The notes beneath the pieces are model-generated. The model was given only the letters and a program-made list of their open reading frames with translations. It was not told the origin of the DNA and did no database searches. From Deltaproteobacteria bacterium (lineage in GTDB: Bacteria > JAGRBM01 > JAHCIT01), in NCBI GenBank assembly GCA_026129095.1, contig JAHCIT010000004.1, forward strand, positions 62,001-126,000: a stretch of 64,000 nucleotides of DNA. The letters run 5' to 3'. The translations under genes and the position numbers were made by a program. Positions 10,427 to 19,647 of the stretch are shown here, piece by piece; the first letter of the stretch is position 1; each line of letters opens with the position of its first letter.

Positions 10427-11068
10427 ATGCCGCCTTTTTCAGACACGCTGGCCACGCTCCCGCCGCTGCCTGAGCCCGCCGCTGCGCTCGCCCGGCGGCT
10501 TCTGTGGCAGCTTCCCGTGCCGCTCCGGCCGGAGATCGCGGGCGTCATCGGCTTTGCCTGGCGCGTCCACCGCCATGAGCGGCGCGAGCCAGTGCCGGAA
10601 TCCTCGCCCAACCTGCCGTTCATCGTCCACCCCCTGAGGCTCGCCCTCTCGCTGGTGGAGGAAGCACGCGTCGTTCGCCCGCTGCCGCTCGTGGCCGCGA
10701 TCTGCCACGACACGCTGGAGCACGACCGGCGGCTCACCTTCACCGAGCTTGCCAGCGCCACCGGCACAAAGGCGGCGGAACTGGTCCTCGCCCTCTCGGT
10801 GCCGCACAAGCTCAATCCCGGCGAAAGCCCCGCCGCCTCGCGGGTCAACTACCTGCGGCAGGTGGTCCGGGCGGGCCCCGGCGCGCTGCTCGTCAAGGCG
10901 GCCGACCGGCTCGACAACCAGCGCCACCGGTTCCAGTCGGGGCCGGCGGAGCGCCGCCGCGTGATGCTCCGGCAGGACCGGGAGGACTGGCTCCCCCTGT
11001 TCCGGCAGCACCTCCCGCCGGAGGGCGCGGCGATTCTCCGGAGCCTCGAACTGATCTGCGGGATGTGA
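10427..11068 (+). CDS. Stand-alone HD-domain protein of the RelA/SpoT hydrolase (Mesh1/SAH) type
   Basis: 'PFIVHP', 'AAICHDTLE' and 'LVKAADRLDN' match RSH hydrolase motifs. No synthetase domain. Confidence 0.75.
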   Translation: MPPFSDTLATLPPLPEPAAALARRLLWQLPVPLRPEIAGVIGFAWRVHRHERREPVPESSPNLPFIVHPLRLALSLVEEARVVRPLPLVAAICHDTLEHDRRLTFTELASATGTKAAELVLALSVPHKLNPGESPAASRVNYLRQVVRAGPGALLVKAADRLDNQRHRFQSGPAERRRVMLRQDREDWLPLFRQHLPPEGAAILRSLELICGM

Positions 11069-11296
11069 GTTACCATCTTTATCACTCTCCGCCCCCGTGT
11101 CTTTACGGGCGCGGAGGAGCTATCCCGCCGGGATCACAAAGGAACGGGCGAACCGGCCGGAAACCGCCCGTGCCCGTTAAGCCCCCTCCCTTTTCCGGGG
11201 ATTTGCGGCGTATCCGCCCGTGGTTTTCGCAGCTTGCGCTTGCGTGAAAACGCCATAAAGACAGGCACGGAAATCCGCGGTTCCGCCCGGAAGAAC

Positions 11297-11342
11297 AGAC
11301 CAGGATCGGTCAGGATGGTCCATCCTGGGCCAGGATGGGCCA
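11297..11342. promoter_or_regulatory. 10-bp-phased CAGGAT(G) site array upstream of the virion cluster
   Basis: 11301 CAGGATCGGT, 11311 CAGGATGGTC, 11321 CATCCTGGGC (inverted copy), 11331 CAGGATGGGC. Confidence 0.5.
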
Positions 11343-11447
11343 CGCTCTTGAACAGCCCCGGAAAGTCCGGCATTAATCGCAACAGATCAGAAGTGCGCCC
11401 GGCGGCCAGCCGGGGGCGCGAAACCCCGAACATCCCCTGACACCCCC

Positions 11448-11674
11448 GGCCGCCTCACCCCGCGCCTGAACGGCGCGGCCCTCTCCAGGAACTGGAGAGG
11501 GCGGGGACGCAGTTCCACGCCTTTTCCTTCCCCCTCTCCGTGACCACGGAGAGGGAGATAGTGGGGGTGTGGTTTCCCCCTCTCCGGTTCCCGGAGAGGG
11601 GGCCGGGGGGTGAGGCCGCCTCACCCCGCGCCTGAACGGCGCGGCCCTCTCCAGGAACTGGAGAGGGCGGGGAC
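11448..11674. repeat. REP-like cluster: two identical 61-bp direct repeats (11448-11508, 11614-11674) flanking two further CCCTCTCC...GGAGAGGG hairpins
   Basis: Base-by-base identity of ggccgcctcaccccgcgcctgaacggcgcggccctctccaggaactggagagggcggggac. Four hairpins share the same stem. Confidence 0.9.
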
Positions 11675-11726
11675 CGGCACCGCCGGGGCGGCTGCTTTTC
11701 ATCAACCCCAGAAAAGGAAACCCCTC

Positions 11727-12044
11727 ATGGATACCGTCATCCACGGCTCCGGCGCACGGGCGCTCGGAGCGGCCATCATTGGCGGCGCGGTGCAGACGAT
11801 CCGCGACGCCATCGTTTCGCTCTCCGGTGACGCCGCGGACGGACCGGCCCGCCGCCGCCACTACAGGGCCATCGGGCCGGAAATCCGGTGGCTGGCGTCT
11901 GACGGGAACGGGCCGCTCTCCTTCGGCTGGCTGTGCGGGTGCCTCCGGCTGAACGCCGGGATGATCCGCCGCCGCGTCGCCCGCGAGCTTCTGGCCACCG
12001 GCGACCGGGAGCTGGAAAAGCTGGCGAAGCTGCTGGCCGCGTAG
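11727..12044 (+). CDS. Small phage-associated protein upstream of terL (positional small terminase or regulator candidate)
   Basis: ATG 11727 after an AAAGGA RBS, 105 aa. The pattern 'W..S....PLSF.WLC..L.L....IRR' is reminiscent of small uncharacterised phage-associated proteins; function not established. Confidence 0.55.
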   Translation: MDTVIHGSGARALGAAIIGGAVQTIRDAIVSLSGDAADGPARRRHYRAIGPEIRWLASDGNGPLSFGWLCGCLRLNAGMIRRRVARELLATGDRELEKLAKLLAA

Positions 12045-12057
12045 CCCCGAACCTGTC

Positions 12058-13290
12058 ATGGCAGGCGGCCTTCTCGTCCCCCACCCCCGCCAGCGGGAGT
12101 TCCTGGAGGCGGAGGAGAAGTTCGTCCTCTACGCGGGCGGCATCGGCAGCGGAAAGACCACGGCCGGGGCGATCCGGTTCCTCCGGCGCGCCCGGGACCA
12201 CGACACCAACGGCTACATCCTGGCGAACAGCTACGAGCAGCTCGACCGGGTGGCCGTGCAGGTGTTCATGTCGCTGGCCGAGGAGGGAGGCCACTCGCCC
12301 CGGCTCATCCGCAGCCGCCGCTCCATCGAGATGAAGGAGGCGCCGGCGAGGATCTTCTGGCACTCGACCGAGAACTACAACATGCTCCGCGGCGTCGAGA
12401 TGGGCTTCTTCTGGCTGGACGAGGCCCGCGACACGAGCCGCGAGGCGTGGCTGGTGCTCCAGGGAAGGCTCCGCCACCCTGGCGGGCCGCTCCGGGGCGA
12501 CCTTACCTCGACTCCGGCCGGCCTCGACCACTGGCTCTACGAGGAGTTCGCCTCGCCCGAGCGGCGGCCGGACACCCGGCTCGTCACGGGCACCTCCTAC
12601 GACAACGCCCTGAACCTGCCGCCCGGATATCTCGCCGGACTGGAAAATGCCTACACGGGCGACTGGTTCGAGCAGGAGGTGAACGCGCGGTTCGTGAACA
12701 CGGCGAGCGGCCGCTGCTACTACGCCTTCATCCGCCAGCGCCACGCCCATGAACCGGTCGCCCGCCACGCGGACCAGCCGGTGCATGTGGGCGTTGATTT
12801 CAACATCTCGCCCATGTCGGCGGTGTTCGCCCAGCACGACGGGGAAACCATCTCCGTTTTTACCGAATGGTCGGAGCGCAACTCCAACACGCCCCGGCTC
12901 GTTGACGCCATCAGCGCCATCGCCGGAAGCCGGTCGGTGCCCGTGCTGGTCTACCCGGACGCCTCCGGCGCGGCGAGACAGACGGCGGGGGATTCGGACC
13001 ACGCGCTGCTGAAGCGCGCCGGTTTCCAGGTGAACGCGCCCAGGTCCAACCCCGCCCAGCGCGACCGGGTGCAGACGGTGAACGTCGCCTTCAGCCGGAA
13101 CCGGCTCCGGATCGACCCCGCGGCGCGGCAGCTCATCCGCTCGCTGGAGGCGACCCGCTGGAAGGAGGGCAGGAACGAGATCGACAAGGGGCCGTCGGTG
13201 GAGCACCTCTCCGATGCCCTTGGCTACCTCGTCTGCCACCTGGAACCGGTCCTGTTGCCGAGGGTGAGTGTCAGTTCCCACAGGCTTTGA
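12058..13290 (+). CDS. terL: Terminase large subunit (PBSX/SPP1-like)
   Basis: Adenine-binding 'PHPRQ', Walker A 'GGIGSGKT', Walker B 'FFWLDE', coupling motif 'TSTP', and RNase H-like nuclease motifs 'GVDFN' and 'HLSDALGY'. Confidence 0.95.
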   Translation: MAGGLLVPHPRQREFLEAEEKFVLYAGGIGSGKTTAGAIRFLRRARDHDTNGYILANSYEQLDRVAVQVFMSLAEEGGHSPRLIRSRRSIEMKEAPARIFWHSTENYNMLRGVEMGFFWLDEARDTSREAWLVLQGRLRHPGGPLRGDLTSTPAGLDHWLYEEFASPERRPDTRLVTGTSYDNALNLPPGYLAGLENAYTGDWFEQEVNARFVNTASGRCYYAFIRQRHAHEPVARHADQPVHVGVDFNISPMSAVFAQHDGETISVFTEWSERNSNTPRLVDAISAIAGSRSVPVLVYPDASGAARQTAGDSDHALLKRAGFQVNAPRSNPAQRDRVQTVNVAFSRNRLRIDPAARQLIRSLEATRWKEGRNEIDKGPSVEHLSDALGYLVCHLEPVLLPRVSVSSHRL

Positions 13291-13300
13291 GGATATCCGC

Positions 13301-14701
13301 ATGCAGCTTCCCGAACTCCGCACCGCGGCCGACGCCGCGCCCGGCACGCTGAAGGCGCTCGCCGCCCATGTCCGCGCCCGGCGTCCCGCCTCGTACGACC
13401 GGCGGGTGGCCGAGGCGCGGGACTACTGGCACGACCGGTCGGGCGCACACCTGGCCGAGGACATCCGCAGCACCTTCAGCGACGGCGACATCCGGCAGAC
13501 GGTCGAGCGGAGCTCGATCACGCTGCCGCTGGTCCGGCGCGTGGTGCGGAAGCTGGCACGGCTCTACCACGCCGAGCCGGTGCGGCGCGTGCGCCCCGCG
13601 GGCGAATGCGCCGCCCACGAATCCTCAAGGGACGAAACGGAGCGGCGCTACCACCGGATCGCCACGGCGGGTGAACTCACCGAGACGATGCGGATGGCGC
13701 AGGAACTCTACACGCTGACGGGGCTTGTGTATGTCCGGGTTGGCTACGACCGGGGCATCTTCTTTGAAATCCTGGGAGGCGACGAGCTGCTGCCCGCCCT
13801 TCCCCCCGGCGCGCCCGCCAGCGATGTCGGCCGCTACCACTCGCTGCTCGTTCCTCGTACCGGCGGGGACGGCCGCGCCGAATACGTCTTCTGGTCGGAC
13901 CGGCTCCATTTCGTCTTCGACTCCGAGGGCCGCATCACCGGCGACTTCGGCGACCCGGCGCTGGAGAACCCGTACGGCCGGATCCCCTTCGTCCGTATTG
14001 ACGGCCGCACGGGGGAGCTTTTTCCCGATCCGCCGGAGTCCCTCGTCCGGGTGAACCGCGTCCTGAACTTCGCCCTGACGGAGCTTTTCTACACGATCAA
14101 GTTCCAGTGCTTTGGCCAGCCGGTGTGGGTGTCGGACGAGAACGTCGCGCCCGACTTCAAGGTGGGCGTGCAGCACCTCATCCATGTGGTGAAGCGCGAC
14201 CAGGCCGCCGCTGGGGATTTCCGCTTCGAGAGCCCCGACGCGCCGGTCGGGCCCGTGAAGGAAACCGTCTTCGAGGTGGCCCGCCTCGCGGCCCTGCTGG
14301 AGGGCGTCCCCGCCGACACGGTGGACGCACGCGGGCGGGTGGAATCGGGCGTCGCCAGGTGGCTCGCCCAGGCCGACAGCCGCGAGATCCACGCGGCCGA
14401 GGTGGCGAGGTTCCGCACGGCCGAGCGGCACATCTTCCGCACCGTGGCCGCCGTGCTCGCCCACCATGAACCCGGCGCGCCCCTCGGCACGGACCAGTTC
14501 ACCCTGGAGACCGATTTCGCCGATCCCGCCCCGCCGCTCAACCCCGGCGAGGAGCACGGCGCCGACGAGGCGGACCTGCGCCTGGGCGTCATCTCCCCGG
14601 CCGACCTGCTTCGCCGCCGCAACCCCGACCTCGCCCGTCTCTCCGAGGAGGAGATCCTCTCCCTGTGGAGACGGAACCGGGAACTGGCGCGGGAACCCTA
14701 A
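13301..14701 (+). CDS. Portal protein (SPP1 gp6-like)
   Basis: Follows terL, 466 aa, with 'ENPYGRIPFV', 'ESGVA' and C-terminal 'GVISPAD...NPDL'. GAGGA RBS before ATG 13301. Confidence 0.85.
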   Translation: MQLPELRTAADAAPGTLKALAAHVRARRPASYDRRVAEARDYWHDRSGAHLAEDIRSTFSDGDIRQTVERSSITLPLVRRVVRKLARLYHAEPVRRVRPAGECAAHESSRDETERRYHRIATAGELTETMRMAQELYTLTGLVYVRVGYDRGIFFEILGGDELLPALPPGAPASDVGRYHSLLVPRTGGDGRAEYVFWSDRLHFVFDSEGRITGDFGDPALENPYGRIPFVRIDGRTGELFPDPPESLVRVNRVLNFALTELFYTIKFQCFGQPVWVSDENVAPDFKVGVQHLIHVVKRDQAAAGDFRFESPDAPVGPVKETVFEVARLAALLEGVPADTVDARGRVESGVARWLAQADSREIHAAEVARFRTAERHIFRTVAAVLAHHEPGAPLGTDQFTLETDFADPAPPLNPGEEHGADEADLRLGVISPADLLRRRNPDLARLSEEEILSLWRRNRELAREP

Positions 14702-14712
14702 GGAGCAAACAG

Positions 14713-15150
14713 ATGCCAGACGACCCACTTGCCGGCCCCGGCGAAACGCCGGATGCCGCAGTCCCCGCGGGAACGGATACTCCCGCCGCCCCGCAGGACG
14801 GATGGGAAGAAGCCGCAAGGTCGCTTCTCGGTTCGCGCATCGCCCGGCTGCCGCAGCCCATGCAGGAGCTGGCGAAGTCGCTTCCCGGGGGGACCGCGCC
14901 CGGCGCGCTCGTGAAGTTCGTCGAGCAGGCCGAGGCGGCCGCTGCCGCCCTCGCTTCCGGCCCTCCGGTCCCGAAATCCACCGACGCACGGCGGACCGGG
15001 CACGGCGACGCGGGCCGGGCCGACGAACAGCTCTGGAACGAACTGATGCAGGACGGCCGGCGCGCGCTCGAACTCAGGCGCCGGCGGCCGGACCTCTATG
15101 ACGCCCTCCGCCAGCGGTTTGGCGGACGGCCCCGGACACGAAAGGACTGA
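14713..15150 (+). CDS. Capsid scaffolding protein (putative)
   Basis: Lies between portal and capsid, AAGGAG RBS. Low-complexity Pro/Ala N-terminus, helical body and a C-terminal 'RRRPDLYDALR' helix. Confidence 0.65.
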   Translation: MPDDPLAGPGETPDAAVPAGTDTPAAPQDGWEEAARSLLGSRIARLPQPMQELAKSLPGGTAPGALVKFVEQAEAAAAALASGPPVPKSTDARRTGHGDAGRADEQLWNELMQDGRRALELRRRRPDLYDALRQRFGGRPRTRKD

Positions 15151-15157
15151 TCCACCC

Positions 15158-16114
15158 ATGGCTTCCACGAAACTTTCCGACATCGTTGACCCGCAGGTGC
15201 TCGCCGACCAGGTGAGTGCCCTCTTCCCCGGACGCATCCAGCTGGAAGCGTGCGGCGCTGTTCTGGCCGAGACCAACGGCGATATCGCCTCTGGCGGAAC
15301 CCGCATCACGATCCCGCGCTGGAAGCGCGGCGGCGACATGGAACCCCTCTCGGACTCGGCGCCCCTGGGCATCGAGAAGGTGGACAGCGTGACCGAGCAG
15401 GGCGTGGTCGTCCGGCGCGGCAAGGCGTTCGGCGTCCACGACTTCGCCCGGCTGGTGTCACTGGACGACCCGCAGACCGAAATCGCCCGGCAGATCGCGG
15501 CGATCTTCGCCCGGCACCTGGACTCGACCCTGATTCACGTTCTGGAGGGGGCCATCCCCCCGGCCAACCGCCGGAACGTGGCCGTCACGAGCGGCTCGGC
15601 CATGAGGATCGGCAAGAGCAGCGTGCTGGACGCCATGTTCGCGCTCGGCGACAACGAGAGCGACCTCACGGCCGCCGTGATGCATTCAAAGGTGTTCAAG
15701 GACGCCTACGACCAGGGGCTCATCGTCTACTCGGACGTGCCAGCCGACGCCGTGAACCCCGGCGTCCGCTCCGGCCTCAAGGCGACGATCTTCGGCCGCC
15801 CGGTCTACGTGAGCGACCGGGTGCCGGTGGACACCACGGTACCGGACTACTTCGCCTACACGACCTTCTTCCTGGGGAGCCGGGCCCTGTACCTGGGCTA
15901 CCAGCGGGAGCTGACCATCGAGACCGACCGCGACGTGCTCACCAAGGAGGACATCATCTCCTTCGATGCCCACTTCGTCCCGCACCTGTTCGGCGTCGGC
16001 TGGACGGACGCGGCGAACAACCCCGGCAACGACGCCCTTGCCGACCCGGACAACTGGGACCTGAAGGCCGAGGATGCCAGGTCGGTGCGGGCGGTGGCGA
16101 TGGTGACGAACTGA
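15158..16114 (+). CDS. Major capsid protein, SPP1 gp13-like (HK97 fold, no fused delta domain)
   Basis: 'MASTKLSDIVDPQV', 'GGTRITIPRW', 'RRGKAFGVHDFARLVSLDDPQTEIARQIA', 'VMHSKV' and 'GRPVYVSD' resemble the SPP1-type coat. 318 aa. Confidence 0.9.
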   Translation: MASTKLSDIVDPQVLADQVSALFPGRIQLEACGAVLAETNGDIASGGTRITIPRWKRGGDMEPLSDSAPLGIEKVDSVTEQGVVVRRGKAFGVHDFARLVSLDDPQTEIARQIAAIFARHLDSTLIHVLEGAIPPANRRNVAVTSGSAMRIGKSSVLDAMFALGDNESDLTAAVMHSKVFKDAYDQGLIVYSDVPADAVNPGVRSGLKATIFGRPVYVSDRVPVDTTVPDYFAYTTFFLGSRALYLGYQRELTIETDRDVLTKEDIISFDAHFVPHLFGVGWTDAANNPGNDALADPDNWDLKAEDARSVRAVAMVTN

Positions 16115-16123
16115 ACTCCCGGA

Positions 16124-17542
16124 TCAGGCGGCCGGAACCCGCACCCGCACGGTGGTTCCACGGCCGGGCGCGCTGTCGAACGTGACGTTGCCGCCCTGCC
16201 GGGTGACGAGCTCATGGACGATGTAGAGCCCCAGCCCCGCGCCGTGACCCTCGCCGGCCTTCTGGAGCGTGGCGAACGGCTTGAAGAGCGACGCATGGAG
16301 CTGTTCGGGGATTCCGCGGCCGGTATCGGCCACCTCGATCTCGATCTCGTTTCCGCGAGGGCGGATCGTGAGCCGGACCGGCTCGCGGCTTTCCGACTGG
16401 GCGGCGTTCTCCAGCAGGTTCATCACGGCGGTCGTGACCGGCCTGCCGTCCACGAGCCGCACTGCCGCCTCCGGACCGCAGGCGATCTCCACGGCGGGGT
16501 ATTTCCTGCGGACATCCGTGAGGACCGACTCCACGGGAATCTGCGACGGGGCCTTTTCCAGGTGCTCGGCCAGCTCGTACAGACGGTCCACGATCGCCGC
16601 GGCGCGCCCGTGGCCCTTCAGCGCGAGCTGGAGCATGCCCAGGGCGGCCTGCCTGTCGTCGGCCGAGAGCGTCGCCGACTGCCCGATCTCGTCGGTGAGC
16701 GTCTGGAGGATGGAGCCGCTCGATGCCAGCGGATTCCTCAGCTCATGGGCCGCGCCCGTCACCAGCGAGCCCAGCGAGGCGAGCGCCTCGGCACGGATGA
16801 GCTGGTCCTTGGAGTCCTTCAGCAGGACGTAGGCCTCGGCGAGCGCCTCCTCCCGGTCGCGCCACCGCTTGACGATATAGACCGAGAGCACGATGCACTC
16901 GATCATGATGAACAGGAACGCGCCGCCCATCGCGACAAGCCAGGCGCCCGAAAGGCGGCCGTCCTCATAAGGGGCGCCGGCCATCAGCGGCGCGTAGGGG
17001 ATGTAACCGAACCGCTCGGCGATGGTCGTCCCGACAATGACGAGCGAGCCCACCGTCACGCCGATCATGGCATCGCGGATCTCGAACAGGAGCATGGCGA
17101 CGAAGGTTCCGCCCACGAACACCAGCCCGGCATAGGGACTCGTGAGCGGACCGGTACTGTAGGAACCGTAACCGAAAGTGCCGGAGTAGAAGACGATGGT
17201 CGCCAGCACGATGGCGTGGTTCTGCGGATCGCGCTTCCGGATGGCGAAACCCCAGATGAGGATGGCCGCCCAGACGATGTTCATGCTGAGCAGCGTCTTC
17301 ATGAACAGGGCGAGATACTCCCGGTTCATGTAGGCCGCGCCCTCCGCATCGCTGAGCAGAGGGGTGAAACTGAGGACGACGAAGAGGATGAACACCGCCG
17401 TCGTCCCGGCGATGAGCAGCGACTTGTCCACCGGACTCCAGTCCAGAAGGTGCATCAGCTGGCTGATGATCCGGTCCTGCCAGCGCATGTTCTTGCCGGT
17501 TGCTTCCAAAACGGTTCCTTTGCCTGCGGCGGAGTATGCCAC
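16124..17542 (-). CDS. Membrane sensor histidine kinase inserted antisense in the virion cluster
   Basis: About 6 TM segments, H-box 'AAHELRNPL', N-box 'NLLENA', 'DTGRGI', 'FKPFAT' and 'GAGLGLYI'. Alternative start ATG 17488. Confidence 0.92.
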   Translation of the reverse strand: MAYSAAGKGTVLEATGKNMRWQDRIISQLMHLLDWSPVDKSLLIAGTTAVFILFVVLSFTPLLSDAEGAAYMNREYLALFMKTLLSMNIVWAAILIWGFAIRKRDPQNHAIVLATIVFYSGTFGYGSYSTGPLTSPYAGLVFVGGTFVAMLLFEIRDAMIGVTVGSLVIVGTTIAERFGYIPYAPLMAGAPYEDGRLSGAWLVAMGGAFLFIMIECIVLSVYIVKRWRDREEALAEAYVLLKDSKDQLIRAEALASLGSLVTGAAHELRNPLASSGSILQTLTDEIGQSATLSADDRQAALGMLQLALKGHGRAAAIVDRLYELAEHLEKAPSQIPVESVLTDVRRKYPAVEIACGPEAAVRLVDGRPVTTAVMNLLENAAQSESREPVRLTIRPRGNEIEIEVADTGRGIPEQLHASLFKPFATLQKAGEGHGAGLGLYIVHELVTRQGGNVTFDSAPGRGTTVRVRVPAA

Positions 17543-17571
17543 GGGGCAAAGACGAAAAGGAAACCCTTTAA

Positions 17572-17955
17572 ATGGCGATAACGACCGAAACGATCGAAAG
17601 CCGCGACCCGGCGGTACGGGGCCGCCATCCGGCGGGAGCGGCGGACCACTCGGCCCAGATCACGGCCGCGCTCACGGAGCTGCGTCTGGACCTCGCGGCG
17701 AGGGGGCTCGCCTGGCAGGAGTTCGAGGGCGTGGACGGCGCGGGTGTCTATGACGGGACGAACCCGGAGCTGGACGCGCTGCACGAACTCATCGCCCTCG
17801 CCTTCATCCACCGCTCGCTCGCCGAAACCGCCGACGACCGGTGGGAGCGCGCCGCCCGCCACTACGAGCGGTGCTACCGCGAGCGCGTGGACACGCAGGA
17901 GTTCGCCACCTACCACGGCGCCGCCCACCAGCGGACGGCGCGGATTTTCCTGTAA
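17572..17955 (+). CDS. Head-tail adaptor/connector (putative)
   Basis: 127-aa helical protein and the first virion-strand gene after the MCP. 'WERAARHYERCY' helix and strong RBS. Confidence 0.55.
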   Translation: MAITTETIESRDPAVRGRHPAGAADHSAQITAALTELRLDLAARGLAWQEFEGVDGAGVYDGTNPELDALHELIALAFIHRSLAETADDRWERAARHYERCYRERVDTQEFATYHGAAHQRTARIFL

Positions 17956-17994
17956 CGGCACCGGCTGGTCCGGCCGGGGAAGGAACCGCCATCC

Positions 17995-18513
17995 ATGTCA
18001 TCCCAGACCGTGAAAAACGGATTCGCCGCGCTTGGCGTGACGGCGACATACAAGTCGGTGAACCTCGGCCCCACAGTGGGCGGCGCATCGCTCCGGATCG
18101 AGCGCGAGCTTGTCGAGATCCTCACCGACGAGCGCGGGCTGACGCCCGTGGACTACCTCACGCACGGCCTGAAGAAGGTGGACGTGACCTTAAGCCTCGC
18201 CCGCTGGTCGCTCATGAACTTCCAGGCGGCGTTTCCGGAGTTCACGCTCACGGGCTCTGGCGACGACCGCAAGCTCGACATCCGCGCCGACACCGGCACC
18301 TCGCTGGAGTCGAAGGCGGGGCAGCTCGTGCTGCATCCGGTGTCGCTCCTGGACGGCGACCGGACCTTCGATCTCACCTTCTGGAAGGCGGCCGTCATCT
18401 CGCCGCCGGAGCTGGCCTACCGGGGCGAGCAGGCCCCGGTGGAACTCACCTTCCGGGCGCTGCCCGATTCCAGCGGCCTGCTGCTCACGATCGGCGATCC
18501 GTCAGTCACCTGA
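17995..18513 (+). CDS. Major tail (tube) protein, siphovirus type
   Basis: The pattern 'LGPTVGG', 'D..G.TPV', 'LVLHP...D...D..FWKA', 'EL.Y', 'TFRALPD' matches non-contractile tail tubes. 172 aa. Confidence 0.8.
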   Translation: MSSQTVKNGFAALGVTATYKSVNLGPTVGGASLRIERELVEILTDERGLTPVDYLTHGLKKVDVTLSLARWSLMNFQAAFPEFTLTGSGDDRKLDIRADTGTSLESKAGQLVLHPVSLLDGDRTFDLTFWKAAVISPPELAYRGEQAPVELTFRALPDSSGLLLTIGDPSVT

Positions 18514-18569
18514 CAGCAGCCACCTGCCGGCCGCCGGATTTTCCAGTCCATGGACCAAGGAGGAAACCC

Positions 18570-18863
18570 ATGTCCCATCACGATCTTTCAGCCCTGCGGA
18601 GCCGCCTCACGGTGAAGCTCCGCCAGAAGACCTACAGTTTCGACGAGCCCACGCTCGCGCAGATCGCCGCGCTGGTGGAAGCGAGCCGCCCCGGATCGCA
18701 GCCCGTGGAGATGGCACTCCAGTTCCGCCACGCCCTCCGGGGCATGGTTCCGGAACTGACCGACGGAGATGCCGACTACCTGCTGACGCCGCGGGTATTC
18801 GAGGCGTTCCTCAAGATCCTCACCGGGGAGACCCGCGAAGACCCTCCCCGCGGGCGGAACTGA
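18570..18863 (+). CDS. Tail assembly chaperone (gpG-like)
   Basis: AAGGAGG RBS and ATG 18570, directly after the tube gene. 97 aa, ending ...EDPPRGRN. Confidence 0.7.
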   Translation: MSHHDLSALRSRLTVKLRQKTYSFDEPTLAQIAALVEASRPGSQPVEMALQFRHALRGMVPELTDGDADYLLTPRVFEAFLKILTGETREDPPRGRN

Positions 18864-19222
18864 ACGCGCTGGCCGGGATCGCCGCCAGGGCCGCCTTCAG
18901 GCTCGGCCTTTCGCCCGGTGAAACGCTGTCGCTTCCGCCCTCGTTCCTGAAAGCCCTGCTCGCCCGTGCCGACGAGCTTCACGCGGCCTCCCGGATGGAA
19001 TGGCTCGACATCCTCGCCGCCGCCGCGCTGGAACCCTGGCAGACGGGCAGCGGGCAGTCGGCCTACCGGCGGCTCCGGACCGTGCTCGCCAGCCGGTGCC
19101 CAGGCGACCCGGATACCGCCGCGCCGTCCACCGCCGGCGAGCTCATCGCCCTCTATGCCGCCGCCGTCCACCCCGGCCGGCTGGCCGAACTCGCGGGGGA
19201 GCTGAATCCATGTCCCACCTGA
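18842..19222 (+). CDS. Tail assembly chaperone extension (gpT-like), probably reached by -1 frameshift
   Basis: The -1 frame relative to 18570 is open across the gpG stop and reads PSPRAELNALAGIAARAAFRLGLSPGETLSLPPSFLKALL... The first ATG is only at 18995. Confidence 0.65.
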   Translation, partial: PSPRAELNALAGIAARAAFRLGLSPGETLSLPPSFLKALLARADELHAASRMEWLDILAAAALEPWQTGSGQSAYRRLRTVLASRCPGDPDTAAPSTAGELIALYAAAVHPGRLAELAGELNPCPT

Positions 19223-19632
19223 CGGAACTCACGGATCTCGTACAGACGGTGCTGGGGACGCTCGTTCCCGGCGACGGGCGTCTTGTGCCCGAACGCGGGG
19301 GCCTCACCCAGTCGGGCCGGACCTTCGACGTGCGGCCCGTGGGCGCCACCGTGCAGTCCTGGGAACGGCCGGGCGATGCGGCGAAGGCGAACCTCGGCGA
19401 AAGATTCGTCATCGAGATCCGGTTCGTCATGGCCGCGCAGGCCTCGGCAGTCCGGACGGCCGCCGTGGCCCACGCCTCGAATATCCTCTCCGGGCTCGCC
19501 GACACGGGGAACCTCCCTCCCGGCGGCACCCTCTCGCAGGTGATCCCCGGCGCGCCGGTCATCCGGACGAAGACGCCGCCCGGCGGCCCGGCCACGGTGA
19601 CGCTGGAACTGCCCGTGACGGTGTATTCGTAA
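19210..19632 (+). CDS. Putative tail completion/terminator protein
   Basis: 140 aa, GGGGAG RBS. N-terminal helix and terminal beta strand 'VTLELPVTVY' as in gpU-like proteins; the call rests on size and pattern. Confidence 0.45.
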   Translation: MSHLTELTDLVQTVLGTLVPGDGRLVPERGGLTQSGRTFDVRPVGATVQSWERPGDAAKANLGERFVIEIRFVMAAQASAVRTAAVAHASNILSGLADTGNLPPGGTLSQVIPGAPVIRTKTPPGGPATVTLELPVTVYS

Positions 19633-19647
19633 GTGACCACACCCCGG

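Noticed and set aside
11448-11674. Direct repeats as a CRISPR array or att sites
   Set aside because: There are only two 61-bp copies with a hairpin-filled spacer and no cas genes. I saw no matching copy at the far end of the cluster and no integrase.
15158-16114. Encapsulin shell
   Set aside because: Adjacent terminase, portal and scaffold genes indicate a DNA-packaging capsid.
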